The notes below the pieces were generated by a model that was given only the letters and a program-made list of their open reading frames with translations, searched no databases and was not told where the DNA came from. DNA of 64,000 nucleotides from Perna viridis (Eukaryota). Where the stretch lies: positions 61,897,597 through 61,961,596 of the forward strand of contig CM074512.1 of the NCBI GenBank assembly GCA_037379345.1. Reading direction: 5' to 3'. Below, one piece after another: positions 39,781-53,059 of this stretch; positions within the stretch are counted from its first letter, which is position 1; the number at the start of each line of letters is the position of its first letter. A program made the position numbers and the translations under genes.

Positions 39781-42070
39781 GCCTCGTCTGCTTCCAAATC
39801 CACAGTCTTTGCGCATGAAGTTTTGTGGTAATGGTTCTTTTTGAACCATTCAAAACTAACTGGGCATACCCCAAAGTCAGCCTAGGCCTGTTATGCTCAG
39901 AACCGAGTTAATGTAAAAAGATACGTAATATAAGTGTATTTTAATGATGTACTTCATCCTTCAAAAAACATTTCTTCATTTGTCAAAACCTATTTTATAA
40001 AAGGCAAAGAGAAATGATATACTAGGGTTGTTACAACTTGTCTTAAATATCATCACAGCAAAGAAAAAAGAAGAGTAGGTAAAAAGTTTAAGAATGATAT
40101 TTTTACAAATTAACAAAGCAAAATAAAATTCATTTTGCCATCTGTTTCACGTATTTCCTCAAACTACTGCAATTCAGGAAATAAGTTCGACGAAACAGAA
40201 CTCCAACAAAATTTGAGGGGTCATTTTTTTCCGGAAATATGTCACACATCTTGGGTTCTACATACGCAGTATGTATGAGGTTGAGACGAGTTACGATGAC
40301 AAGATGCTTTAGTCATTAGCAGATCTAAAACCCTGTCAATAACCAATTATATGTTCTGGAAGACAATTTTATTTATCATCATTTTTTCTTAGGTTCTAAT
40401 TTTCCCATAATTCCAAAACCCTGGTCAATATCCATATATTCTGAAAGGCATATAAAACTACCAAGATACATTTGTATCCTTCACAAGGCAAAGACATGTC
40501 TATAGTACATGTAGTCCAACATGTCATATGAAAATTTTATCACTATTAAGATATCCACACAAGGCCCGGACATATTTGTGACAGTCTGGGTTAAATTATT
40601 TAAACTGTAACACCCTTTTTTCAAGTATTTTATAATTGATGTTTGGCACAGTATCGGGACTTGCCTCCCAGGTTTTCAATTCCAGGACAGGTGTGATGAT
40701 ATATTTTTGCATATTTCATATTCGAGAATATTTTATGTCACGCATTTTGTCAATTTTATCAAATCAGTTGTATGGATCAAATTCCACTTAAAGATTATAT
40801 TTTCGTAAGGATTAGAATTAAAAAGTAGTCAAAAGGATGTGTACAAATTAACAAGGTAGAAACAGGATAATACTTAATAACTAGATTTGTTAAGCTATTC
40901 AATAGATTTTATGAAGACGTCCATGAAGGAACAAGATTATCAATTAGTAGATTATAAACGGAACGCAGAGACGGAGATAATTCGGTATGTGAAAAGAATT
41001 TGTAGCCAGTTTAATTACTTCTGGTTTGCAATCAAATATATATCGGATTCTCTTCTCTCTCACTTACAGGTGTATGGATGGACTTTGATGCAAATCGATT
41101 TTTAATTCCTTTTATTAGTAATAAATTCAAATTATTAAATTATATTTTTACGATTTCACAGCAAAGCAAATTTAGATTTCATTCAGTAAATTCATTTAAT
41201 CCTTATTGCTTAGTACATCGTTGGGTTATAAGTAGTTTTACAAATCGAATGTAAATTTATGAATGAAAATATTTTAGTTATTAGGTCATAGGATAAAATA
41301 ATAGTACATCAAATCTAATTTGACCCCCTACCCCTAATATTGAAAAATGTTAGATGAGAATCGAGGATTTTTTTTTAATCATGGCCTAACCAGGGATTTT
41401 CTATCTGCTGATATTTTTGGGGAGTAATGTCCCATTGTATTTTAAAATTCATGAAGCGCACCACTGAAGCAGATTGTAAGTGCAACTCATTGGAAACTAC
41501 TGAACACAATTTATTGATCTTCAGTTACTGCAGTAATTATGACATACTCATCTTTTCATTCTACTGAACATGTATGCATGTAACAAATAACATGACACTT
41601 ACTTCTAAAATATTGTGAAGTTTACAGGGTAAGTCCTCTTTAGGGGACATGATTTTCAACCACCTGTAACCAGTGTAACATTGACCTTTAACCTACATAT
41701 TTGGGCAAATGTATCTTAACACCTACCTATATTAGTGAGCATAAATGTAAATATAAATCAGATCAAAATAATATGGAGTTACAAGGCTAACAAGTTTTTC
41801 AACATTATGACCTTGGGTATGCCCATGCAGCATTTTTTTTACCTTGACCTATGACATATATACCAATTAAGACATTAATGGCAACACAATATCTTATGCT
41901 GCTGCATATTCATACAAGGTATCATGTCTTATTATAACTGACCATAAGGTTTAAAAAGAAACACTATTTAAAACCCTGTGACATAGGTTACATTTATGCA
42001 GCCTAAATTTCTCATCCTTATAAAATTGGGAAAACTGATTTAATTTTCAACATTTAATAGTACTAAACGA

Positions 42071-44631
42071 TCATCTATTCAAGTCATTACCAGTATTCAT
42101 GTCCGTATAAAATTCTAATTCTTCATTTCTCTCAGGATCAAAGTTTCGTCCGAAGTGAGTTTCGTAACTTTCTAGTTCCTTTTCACAAAGAAACATTCCA
42201 AGCATAAAGTTAGCCATCATAAGAACACTTGCTGTCAATCCAATAGAAGAAGTTCTTTTGATCATTTGAACTATTAAAGACCCTTGGGTAGCATTAGGAA
42301 TAATATATGTATGAAACTCTCTTGCCTTTAGAATACAAACTGCACCAGACCACAACATTGGGTAAAGACATCCACTTAATGCCTGTATTGATGCACTACG
42401 TGTTGTCAAGCACAGTCTACAACCAATATAACCTTTCAAAATGTTTTCGTGTACTAGAAAATTGTGTAACATTATTGGTAATAAACATCCTCCAAGACAA
42501 CTGAAGCCATAGGTACTACCCAAGGCTAAGTTTCCTTTTATTTTAAACATACGACGAAATTGTGTGGTGAAAGTTGCTGCCGTTATTAATCCTGCCCCTC
42601 CGTTTATATACATGTGACCATACAATGGCCATCTGAAAGTAAACAAAAGATTCACATAGAGTAGAATTTTCCAATGCATTAGGTAAAATTTATGTAAATT
42701 AAGAAACTTGGACCAAATACTAGTAACATTTCATGGGTCAATGATTAGGTACAATGTAATGTTGGACAAGGTAGCCACTGTACACATACAAATACTGTTC
42801 ATGTTAATTCACTTAACATGAACTTCAAGTGAAAGGCTCACACAAAATTCATGTGAAGGATCATGTTTAAATGAAATCTGTCACAAATTTTAATTGCTCA
42901 ATCAGGGTGAACATCTTGCAAATTTCATGAAAAAAACGTGCAATAATTTTGCCCGTGTAACAATAAGAAGATAAGGGAGGCCCTAGTGAAGTGAAACTTC
43001 AGGCTAGGACTTCAAACTTTTTGAAAAGTAAAACAAGTATATATTATCTTAACCCTAATGTATTGAATTTTTAAAGTAAGTAACTGAGGACAAAAAAAGT
43101 AGCAGAACTAATGATGTAAATAAATTCAAATTTCATACATGTAGTATACATAATGTTGATTGATTGGTTATGGTTTAATATCCTATAGCAGACATTTCAT
43201 TCATTTCAGGACAAGAACGACTAATCAATCAATCAGGTCCTTCTGTGTAATAGTCAACTGCTGAGCAGAATCAGAATTGTACAAGCTCACAGAAGCACCT
43301 TTGATGTTAAACACTATAGTTGGATTATCCACCTTTAGATGATTATTCTTTACGCATGATGTCTAACTTTCCTATGATTTTTCTAAAAGACATTAGTGGT
43401 TTAGAAGGTGTTTCAACATGTAAAACACTTGTTATGATAATGTTCAAGGTGCATACTCTTTACTTTAAGTGGTTGTGGATGACTATGAAGTCATCAGACA
43501 ATAATTGTATTTCTCCATGCACGTCTCCATAATAATGCCTAATCTACCGATAAAATTTCATCAAAATTTAAGTAGTAAAGTAGGTGTGGGAACCACAAAA
43601 TCATATCTGTTTTCAAAGTTTATGCAACAAATGTATGTCAATGTTTTATTCCCAGCCTTATTTAATCTTCTCAATGAATGTTGAGTCAATGCTTCTCCCA
43701 GCTGTTCACAATTTAATTTCTGTGGTACTATCTGGCTGTGTCCTGTGAAGCATTTTTGAGATAAAAAATAATAAAACTTAATCTATATACATTTTTTGTA
43801 CATGCAGAGAGCACTAAACTGTGTTTGACCTACATTTGTAACTAAGTGATATCAGCTACCATCATGTATAACATTTCATGTAAAAACATATCTCCATTAA
43901 CCAGCTTTTGGCAACAGTTTTTCGCTTTATGTACATATTTTCAAGCATGTTTTTCCATATGAATGTCAACAATTCAACATTGGGAAACTCTGGATATTTT
44001 GTGAATGTAAAAAGGTATCCAAATTTTTATTATGGCAGCTAACCAGATAATGTCAATACTGTATATGAATAATACTACTTCTAAGTTAGCAGATTTTTTT
44101 TAAAAATTGCTGTGAAAGTAAAAAATTCAATGTCTCAAATGCCTAAAATGCCTCAATGGTCCATCCCCTCCTACATCTAAAGAACAAAATGTTCACTTTT
44201 ATTAGAAAAATACCATTCATATAAATATGGCAAATTGCAATATGCTGTACACATTTCAAGGAATAGAACCAAATTATATGAAGTTCAAAATTCAAAAGTA
44301 AATTATGAACAAGATGTACATTTGTACTCAAAACCAAAAAAAAAAATACGGAAATAGGAAGCCAAATCCAGCACCAATAAGTTCAACCAGAGTACATGTA
44401 CATTGTTTGTATGTCAAAAGCTTCATTATCGTAAAATGTTTAATATCATTTCATAACTTACATAGACATTTTGTTAGGATAGTCTTTTATTTTCTTTTCC
44501 ATCATTACAACAACATCATTGGGGCTAATCAATACAGCACCAGGAGGCACCTGTGTCATAGACTTGGCTCTAAAAAATGGTCGAGTTTTACCTATGACAT
44601 CTCCATCATAGTAAGAACCCCTGTCAGCCAT
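42071..44631 (-). CDS. TMEM126: TMEM126-family mitochondrial inner-membrane protein (complex I assembly factor-like), 243 aa
   Basis: Exon 44631-44462 (MADRGSYYDG...VPPGAVLISP...YPNKMS; acceptor at 44638, donor GTAAGT) joins in phase 2 to exon 42632-42071 (WPLYG...FRRMFKI...STY...CRLCLTTR...Q..SG.LYP...AREFHTY.IP). Four hydrophobic segments and the CxxC..R motif resemble TMEM126A/B. Family recognised from memory, not from a search. Confidence 0.85.
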
Positions 44632-44839
44632 TCTCTACCTATGAAAAAAAGTAAGTCATCACTAAAGACAGACTGCCATATGGCACAACTATATGGCAAG
44701 CTGTTGTGGCATGTATTCCTTATTTATAGATATCCATAAATTATTTAATGAAATCAATGAATGAATTATTGATATTAAGAATTAATTGTTGATATCATGA
44801 TATCATCATTTATAGATATCAATAAATATGACATATTTA

Positions 44840-45056
44840 CAGGGACTGAATTTCAGAATATTTTCCACTAGATAAATTTAGCAAGTACTGAAAAGTTACA
44901 CTCACTAAATTTAAGTTTTTTAGGCTATTTCTGGATTTTACCTATATTACATACAGAATTCCACTAGCAAATTTTAGCAAGTGGAAATAGTTTCTACTAG
45001 CAAAATTGAATTTCAACTTGTATTTAGCAAGTATTTCCCCTTAAATTTGATCCCTG
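44840..45056. mobile_element. CAGGG-ended MITE with 6-bp TSD (hAT6-like)
   Basis: TATTTA|CAGGGACTGAATTT ... AAATTTGATCCCTG|TATTTA. Confidence 0.6.
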
Positions 45057-46695
45057 TATTTATTCACACATTAAACATTAAAAAATAAATATTATTATCA
45101 ATAAATGAATTATCAACATGTTACTAATTATTTATTGTTATCAATAAATTGAAGAATTTATTAACATGTAATAAAGTCATTTATTGATATTCATAAATAG
45201 ATGAATTATAAACCTGATAAAAATTTTGCCACTGTAGGTGGTTTAATCATGGTCACAATAATGTTTGTAATACTGTTATTACCAAGCATGTAGTCATTTA
45301 GAGAGCGTTGAGTTCAGTGTTAAGTTCAAAAATTTTTCTGAGTAAAAAATACTGATAAATGTGAGGAAAAACCTAACCTAGAAGATTTTGCATTGTTATA
45401 CAGTGTTTCGAGTACCCGGGAGTAAACAATAAAATACCTTCTTCATAGGAAATTCAGGTAAAGAAAATGAAACTAGAACGAGACTTACACACCCTATATA
45501 CATAACACCATACAGTATCCCCACAGTCAATGTAACAGTGGAGAAAACACAATTATGATAACTACTCAAAGGCTATAGTGGTGGATACAGAAGGCATGCA
45601 GAAGGATAACACCCCACCAGCCTTTTCCTGGAAAATTTGTCATTTTTATGTGCTTAACTGATCAAAAACTGGTAAATAATGTCATAGCACCCCCTTTTTT
45701 GTAGGAACCCTGGCTGTCGTCCCTCCTTCTCTAACTGTCTGGATTATGCAATACTATTAACTATAAAAGATTTAAGACTTTAATATTTCGTGAAATTGCG
45801 ATGAGCAGCTGTGACAAATATAGAAGTGACGGGTCGGCGGAAAAGTAAAAAAAAATGTTATAAAATGTGGTGGTGTATAGGCTATACTCATTGTACTGTA
45901 CTGAAGTCGAGTGAAGAGTGTAGTGTAGTCTGTAGAACTATTATTATTAATAATATTTTAATTCGTCTTCTTTCACTTACCTAAGGCGAAAATGAGGACA
46001 GTCCAAACTTTGTAACCCTGCAAAGATATAAATTGCTCTTAAAAACTAAAATTAAAGTTGTTAAAAATATCAAAAAATATATACACATACTTGCGTTTTT
46101 TTTACCACTTTGTGACCTTCAAATACCTACGACAAAACCCAATGATTTCCGATGGTATCCTGGTATCCTGTTCTCACAAATTCGGACCAGTGGAAGATGT
46201 GAACAAATACCACCAACATATATTTAATCCGGATCACCAAGACGGCCCTGATCACCAAGATAACAAGAAAATGTTTAATCCCTCATTGTTGGGAGTTATA
46301 CCTCTTCAAACTTGGAATTCAGGAGTACATGCGTGCGATGCGTACGAGTGAAGCATCATTTGACAAGAATATGTATGGTGTATAGTTCGTTTTAGTTGTT
46401 ATAAAGTCGTGTGTTCTATCAAGTAAAGGGATTGACATAGGCTGGATCTAAATGGTTGGTGTAGCCCCCTTATGCTCGGAAAGTTTAGTTGATATATAAC
46501 AAAATCGCTGGAGTGCCCCACCCTCGGCCCAGTTTCACCCCTTCCATTTTCCCGAAATTGGTCGATCCGCCACTAATCGCTATTCAAAGACTCCATTCGC
46601 TTGGATCGAAACTTGATAGACATTCAGCGCTACTTTCATTTTTCACATTAACAAGACCCAAATTGATACAAAGTTTTTATTGTTAATTTGAAATT

Positions 46696-47300
46696 ACGTA
46701 TAGAAAGGTCTAAAAAATTCCCAACGATGTTAGAAGTGTCAAATTTGCGACGCAGTTCTAACATCGTTGGGAATTTTTCCGACCTTTCTATACGTTTACA
46801 CATCTTCCCTGTATCAATTTGATCGGATAGAGCAGTGTAGCGAATAGAGTCGTCATATTCTGAGACGTTTGTATAATATTGGTTTGTTGTGACATGCATC
46901 ATTAATTTGATCCTCTACCCTACATAATAACACCTAAGTGAACTGTCCCGTACTACCATACATCGTGTACTAAGTTACAGCCATAGATTAATCCTACGAG
47001 GAGGAATAACCCGGCCAGCGAAAGCTATAATTTTATATAGCCTAGCTGGCCGAGTGGTCTAGGGCGCTGGACTTTGTGCAGGCTGTGTTGCCATAGATGT
47101 CACAGCGGTACGAGTTCGAGTCCCTCGGAGGGAACGACTAAAAATTTGCATCGCAAATTCGACAGTTCTTACATCGTTGGGAATTTTTCAGACCTTTCTA
47201 TACGTTTACATTTCTTCCCTGTATCAATTTGATCCGATGGAGCAGTGTAGCGAATAGAATCGTCACATTCTGAGATGTTTGTGTATATATATATATATAA
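46696..47300 (+). mobile_element. tRNA-derived SINE (family B) complex: full copy 47040-47300 plus upstream direct and inverted partial copies
   Basis: A-box TGGCCGAGTGG (~47048), B-box GAGTTCGAGTC (~47112) and a (TA)n end. The 3' body is repeated at 46753-46875 and inverted at 46696-46750. Confidence 0.8.
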
Positions 47301-49379
47301 TTCTTAATTTGCTCACAACTTTAGATAAAGGTAAAACTTTCACTATCAAGTTTAAAATACTTTACTGCTTTTTGCGTTTTCTGAATATATCATACCTAAT
47401 CCAATTACTCATTATAATCCCATCCTTTGCAATTTGTAACCTTTTTGACAGACATACTCGATTTGTTTTTTTTAAAGGTATTGTTGAAAGAAGGGTAGTG
47501 TGGTAGCTAAAGTAAGCGGTTCACGACCCATAACATCCTTCGCCAATGCAATCAACCTGCAATTACCGGAAATAACCTACACGATCTGACATGTACCTAG
47601 TCGGATGATAGCGGCTGCGTAATTATTATTAAAGGTCTAATTTTGATAAGATTATCGTAATTCGTTATCAATAGCTACAATACATGATTTTAGCGTTCAA
47701 TTGTTCAATTTCACAAAATTTCGTAAGTGTAAAACTTAAAATAATTTTGAATTAGTCGAAAATTATAACGTAATCTTAGAAAATAGTATACTTACGACCA
47801 AGTTTACATTGACCATTTTTGTAAAATCTACCACTATTTAAGATCATTGTGTGGGAGCAAAAATGTTTTTGTAGTTCATGTAAATTCCAGAGCTTACTTT
47901 GGTCCCTGTCTTGAATTAAAAGAATTATCTTATCTGTCAATATTGTTGTGTTGCCTAGTATTAAGTATGCCTTGATTATCTTCACTCGAACTTTTTGTTG
48001 TTTTTTGCAAAGTTTGAGACATAATTTTTTTTTAATGAAAATCTTAATTGTTAAGTTATAAATGAAATATTGCATCATATTTCAGTAAAGGATCGTTTTT
48101 GGCTAAAATTTTGTGAATAATTTAAAAAGAACAGTTGCCCCCTCCTCTCTGTTTATAAAAAGGTTTGTGCCTTTGTATAGATATTTTATGTAATGTCATC
48201 TATAATGTGGTGTATTTCACGTTTCCTACATATCGATGGGTATCAATAGCAAAATTGATACAGGGATTTTGAAAAGATTGGGGGAGTTCACGATGTCATA
48301 ACCTCATCATGGTTAGTTTTTGTCCAAATTTTGCAATAAATTAACATTTTTCTTTAAAAACAAAAGTGGGTTCCCGACACTGTTTAATCTGCTTTGTTTA
48401 TTTGTATCCTTCATCATAAATAAGTATTCCTTATACTTTTTTTTTGCTTTAGAGTGCATAACCAGGGACTTAAATTTGCAATATATTCCTCACATATAGG
48501 GATGATTATTGTAAAGTAGTAAAAAAAATGTACACATCTACTGTCCTGCTGATGTATGGATTGTGTGGAATTTAAAAAAGTATCTTGCAGATGAGAGAAA
48601 AGGAGGCGCATATATGGCGCGACGTATATATACATTAATTTAGTCATATTTTAAGATCTCATGTACGAGATATCATAAAATGTAAGAAATGTAATAAAAT
48701 ATATGATCGAGATATATAAGATATGTTTCTCATAAATTTAGACTTTTTATAAGATATCATATGTGAAAGAAATTTAGCTGCAGCCTGTCCTGTGGTATGA
48801 GGGTATCCTCGTCGTCCATTGAGGACAAGGGCTATATAATATAATACTAACATAAAGTCCCTGTCGAAGACCAATTTGTGGTCTTGGGCTAACATTTTCT
48901 TCCCGGTGGGGTTGTTGTCTCTTTGACATATACACCATACTTATTATTGTTATATTAATAATCTTCATATCAATCTAGTCAAAATTAGACCCATCATTTG
49001 TTCCATTCAGACACATGCAGTGATATATAGGTCTTGCTTGATATCCGTCATATAGGTTCAAAGTTCGTATTCTCGAAAAGAAATTTACCACCCAACGAAC
49101 AGTCCCGTTTTATAAGTAAAAACTATCGTAGGGAAAGGGAGGAATACTGAAAAGCAGACTAGGTACTGCAATACCTTAATTAAGGATGCAATGACAACAT
49201 CAAAAGTATAGGAAACCTTTCAAGCCAATATAACAGTAGCATAAATGTGAAGAATTTATTGACAAAAATCCAAGATGGGAATGGTCATGGCCATCGCCAC
49301 TACACGTCACCTAACGGATACATGATATCTTCATAGATGGTCTTCTTCCTTTCATAGAAAAACCTCTCGGACTTCATCA

Positions 49380-50890
49380 CATTTGAACTGAACTCTATTC
49401 TATACCTCTCACTCCATTACATTCCGTTTACAAAACAAGACTTTACACTCCTGTTTCTCGCATCATTTTGGATATTGGTTTCAGCAGACTCTTCAAACCA
49501 GTTTGTATAAAAGGTCTAGATGGATAAAAATGATCATTTCTTCAACTACCGTTTGTCAACAAAGCTATATATGCAATTAATTTGGCTAACATCCCCCATC
49601 ATAAAAACAGTACCAACAAATTTCCCCCATATTTCAAGGGAAAATCTCCACCGATTATTTCATATTCCTATACTTCACCTATTGCATCCAAAATTTTCAA
49701 TTATAAAAGGTTATTGTAGAACTTCGAGATTGAGAACTTCAAGGCTAAACTACCTGACTGTTCTTGCAAAAACTCTTCATTCAAATACGGTCCTTCCGGT
49801 CAAGTCGTTACGGTAGATTTAAGCATCATCGAAAATGAATCTTTGCGTAAGGTCCTGTCTAAAGGTCCCAAGTGCCGTGAACCAAGCTCCATGAAATTGA
49901 ACTATAACTTTGAAGTTTATATGGATGCCGAGCCGTGGAAGACTACGCAAGAAAATGGATAAAACGAGAACAAGAAGACATTGATTCTCTGTCAGAGTAG
50001 GTAAATGCCGTGAGGTCTTTAATTTTGAATGAATTTAAGTAGGTCAATGAGTGTCAATGCTACATCAGTTTTCAAAGACCCCGATGTAGCAAAAACATTG
50101 TCTACTATACATGACAAATGTTGTCATACCAGCAGACAAAGCCCAAAACAACATTGTTTTTGTCTGCAAGACGTGTTACATCCAATGTTTATTATCAGAT
50201 ATTACAAATATATAGTTCTTGGTAGAGAATCCTCATACTTTGTAGAAAATAATTCCAAATCATCTTCCAAATATACAGAAAAAAGATGTTTTCAAAATGC
50301 TGGGATTTTTTATCCCTTCTATACTCAGCTGATATATGCTGATCAGCACCTGCGTATAGAGTTTTCATATCACAACTCATACGTTATACCAGAGATTGCC
50401 GTAGCTACGCAGACATTTTGTATCGCGCTAGACGTCTTACAATTAGGCTTCTGGAACAGGGTTATGTCGCTACAAGATTGAAGTTGTCGCTACAAGATTG
50501 AAGTCATCACTACAAGATTGAAGTCATCACTACAGAAGTTTTATGGTCGTCATCATGAACTCGTGGATCGTTACGGTGTATCCATCTACACCATGAAAAC
50601 TGATTTGTTCCACGTGTCATAATTTTCCTTTCCTCTTTCGTCTACCCTGGACTTGACTTTTCATGAGTAACTTGGAAACTAGAAAAGCAGAGGACATTTA
50701 CCCTACCGGTGCACCTAGCTGTTCCCTGCTCCCAGTTTTTAGTGGAGTTCGAGTTATTCATTTACTTCTGTTAGTTTGTATGCATTATTTTAGTTACTTT
50801 ATGTTCTTTGTTGTAATTGTCTGTTTTCCATGTCTGGTCTATGTCCCTTGATTACATTCTGTTGATTTCCGCTGGAATCTTGGTTCCTTT
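49380..50890 (+). mobile_element. Naiad-type Penelope element, internally deleted
   Basis: CxC linker PDCSCKNSSFKYGPSGQVVTVDLSIIENESLRKVLSKGPKCREP (~49752-49885), PADKA.NN.VFVCK, KYIVLGRESSYFV, KFYGRHH, and the shared 3' UTR. The last 12 nt (tgattactcttt) are displaced to 52381. Confidence 0.85.
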
Positions 50891-52380
50891 TAGACCCGGC
50901 TACAGTTGTCAAGATATTTTGATCAAAATTATTGAAGACTGGCGTAAATTTTTAGATAAATATAAGTTCACTACTGCTATATTGATGGACTGTCAAAAGC
51001 GTTTGATTGTCTACCGCATGATCTGCTCCTGTTGACATTGAAAAGCTATGGTTTGTCTGAAAATGCCCTATCTTTATTAAACAGTTGTCTTAAAAACAGG
51101 AAGCGGTGTATTAAAATTGGTTCTACATGCAGTCCTTTTTTGGACATCTATAAAGTGGTTCCACGTACAGGGGGCAATTTTTTGGACCGGTCCTTTTTAA
51201 TACCTTTATTAACGATATGTTTTCACTTTATTCCGAAACGTGACTTATATAACTATGCTGATGACAATACTTTATCGTATAGCAGCAATGAGCTACAAGA
51301 TATCGTAAACACTCTGAAACAGGAGAGTATTATTTTAATCAAATGGTTCTCAGACAATCATATGAAAGCCAATCCTGACAAGTTTCAGGCTATTGCGATT
51401 GGCAGTAAGACTAAGAAAATCAACATTACTTTTAATTTAGATGGAAATAATATCCTTTTTTTTAGGATGAGGTAAAGCTACTTGGTATAAAATTTGATTT
51501 TAAATTGAACTTTAATAGCCATATTACTCATGTATGTAAAAAGACATCACAACAATTAAATGTATTAAAAAGAATTGGAAATCATCTCAGTAAATTTGGT
51601 AAACTTACAATATATTATTCTCTTATACTAGCAAATTTCAACTATTGTCCATTAGTATGGCATTTTTGTAATGAAAACTGTACAGAAAAGATTCAAGAAA
51701 GAGCTTTACGCTTTATTTACAATGATGATAAAAGTACATATGAAGAGTTCTTAATAAAGTCTAAGATGCCATCCTCAAGAGTAAGACGATTGAGATTTTT
51801 AGCTATACATGTATATAAAATAATAAACAAACTTATTCCTGTATACTTACATGATATGATAACTGTTAAATAAAGTTCTTATACTCTTTTAGGTATACAA
51901 ACTTGGTGAACATACCGAGAGTAAACACAGCCAGGTATGACCGGCACTCTGTCAGTTATAGAACATCGAAACTATGGAACCAACTTCCAAATTAATTAAG
52001 AGGGGACATGGGACTTGATCGATTTAAAAGTTTGATAAACAAATGGGAGGGGAAGGGATGTTCTTGCTCATTTTGCTAATTGTTTGACTTACCCAACTGA
52101 CAGATGCAACATCATCTCCTTAAAATCTTTCATTTATTATTTTAATTTTGCTGACATGTTAATTTTAATGCTTTTAGCTGCTTAGTAGCATCTGCTTTTA
52201 TATATAGTCTGCATTGCTTTTATTTTAGTGCTTTTTGTGTGCTTGATTACTTGCATGCTAATTATAATTTGTATGTCAAGTTTATGTGTATGTCTTGTGT
52301 TTATATATGTCGATTTTAAAAGCTCAACAGAGATTACGTTTTTCTTGTTTGATATATCGACTTTAAATTTGACTTGACTT
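50891..52380 (+). mobile_element. 5'-truncated CR1/L2-group LINE inserted into the 3' end of the Penelope element
   Basis: FRPGYSCQDILIKIIEDW, YNYADDNTLS, WFSDNHMKANPDKFQAI, NYCPLVWHFC, KIQERALR. Ends in (TTGAC)n. Confidence 0.9.
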
Positions 52381-52810
52381 TGATTACTCTTTCATTTAAG
52401 ATATCTTGTACATTTCAATTATACATTTTTATGAGATACCTTGTTTTTTTTTAGACATTTGATTAAAAAAAGAAGATTTTTTTTTCAAAATCGATATTAG
52501 ATATGTTTAAAGCGGGTTTAAATGTAAATACGTCATGTCATACATGGATTCAACAGTTGATTTTCGGCTTGCTATCAATTTTGAATTAATCGCGCGGACC
52601 TGTAAGAAAACACTTTTGGTCTTAGATAGTTGGGAGAAATTATTTTACCGAATTTAATTATGTTTGTTCAAAGGCAGTTGATGAGGATCAGATAAGATAA
52701 TTTTTAAAACATTGTACCAGATTCTTTACTTTAAATATTCTTACGAACTTAAAATAGAATTTATCTACCATTTCTCTTCTTCTTTCAAGGTTTGTGTGCA
52801 ATGATTGACC

Positions 52811-53059
52811 CCTAGTCACGTGATATTTTAGTTTTGAATAGCCGCCATCTTTGCTGTTTCCTGTTTATGGTCGTTTCCTGATTATCCAAAGTGTCAACTT
52901 AATCCTATTGCCTACGACTTGCTGCGTTGATACCTTCAAAATTAGATGCATTAATTCACAAAAAACTAACGCATTATTTTTTACACGAAACAAGAGCGTC
53001 AAGTGGCGCTATCAGGAAGTGGGTGTGATCTTATTAGCAGAGGTGTAAATATTGCAGTC
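52811..53059 (+). promoter_or_regulatory. dlg1 promoter / 5' UTR: E-box GTCACGTGA, YY1-type GCCGCCATCTTT, ETS CAGGAAGT
   Basis: GTCACGTGA at 52815-52823, GCCGCCATCTTTG at 52841-52853 and CAGGAAGT at ~53013 cluster within 250 bp upstream of the ATG. Confidence 0.5.

Noticed and set aside
45480-46030. TMEM126 5' UTR exons (GTAAGT donors at ~45488 and ~45980)
   Set aside because: Plausible but non-coding, so they cannot be distinguished without transcripts.
47040-47130. Genuine tRNA gene
   Set aside because: A and B boxes are present but there is no acceptor-stem pairing or clear anticodon arm, and the sequence continues into a repeated SINE body.
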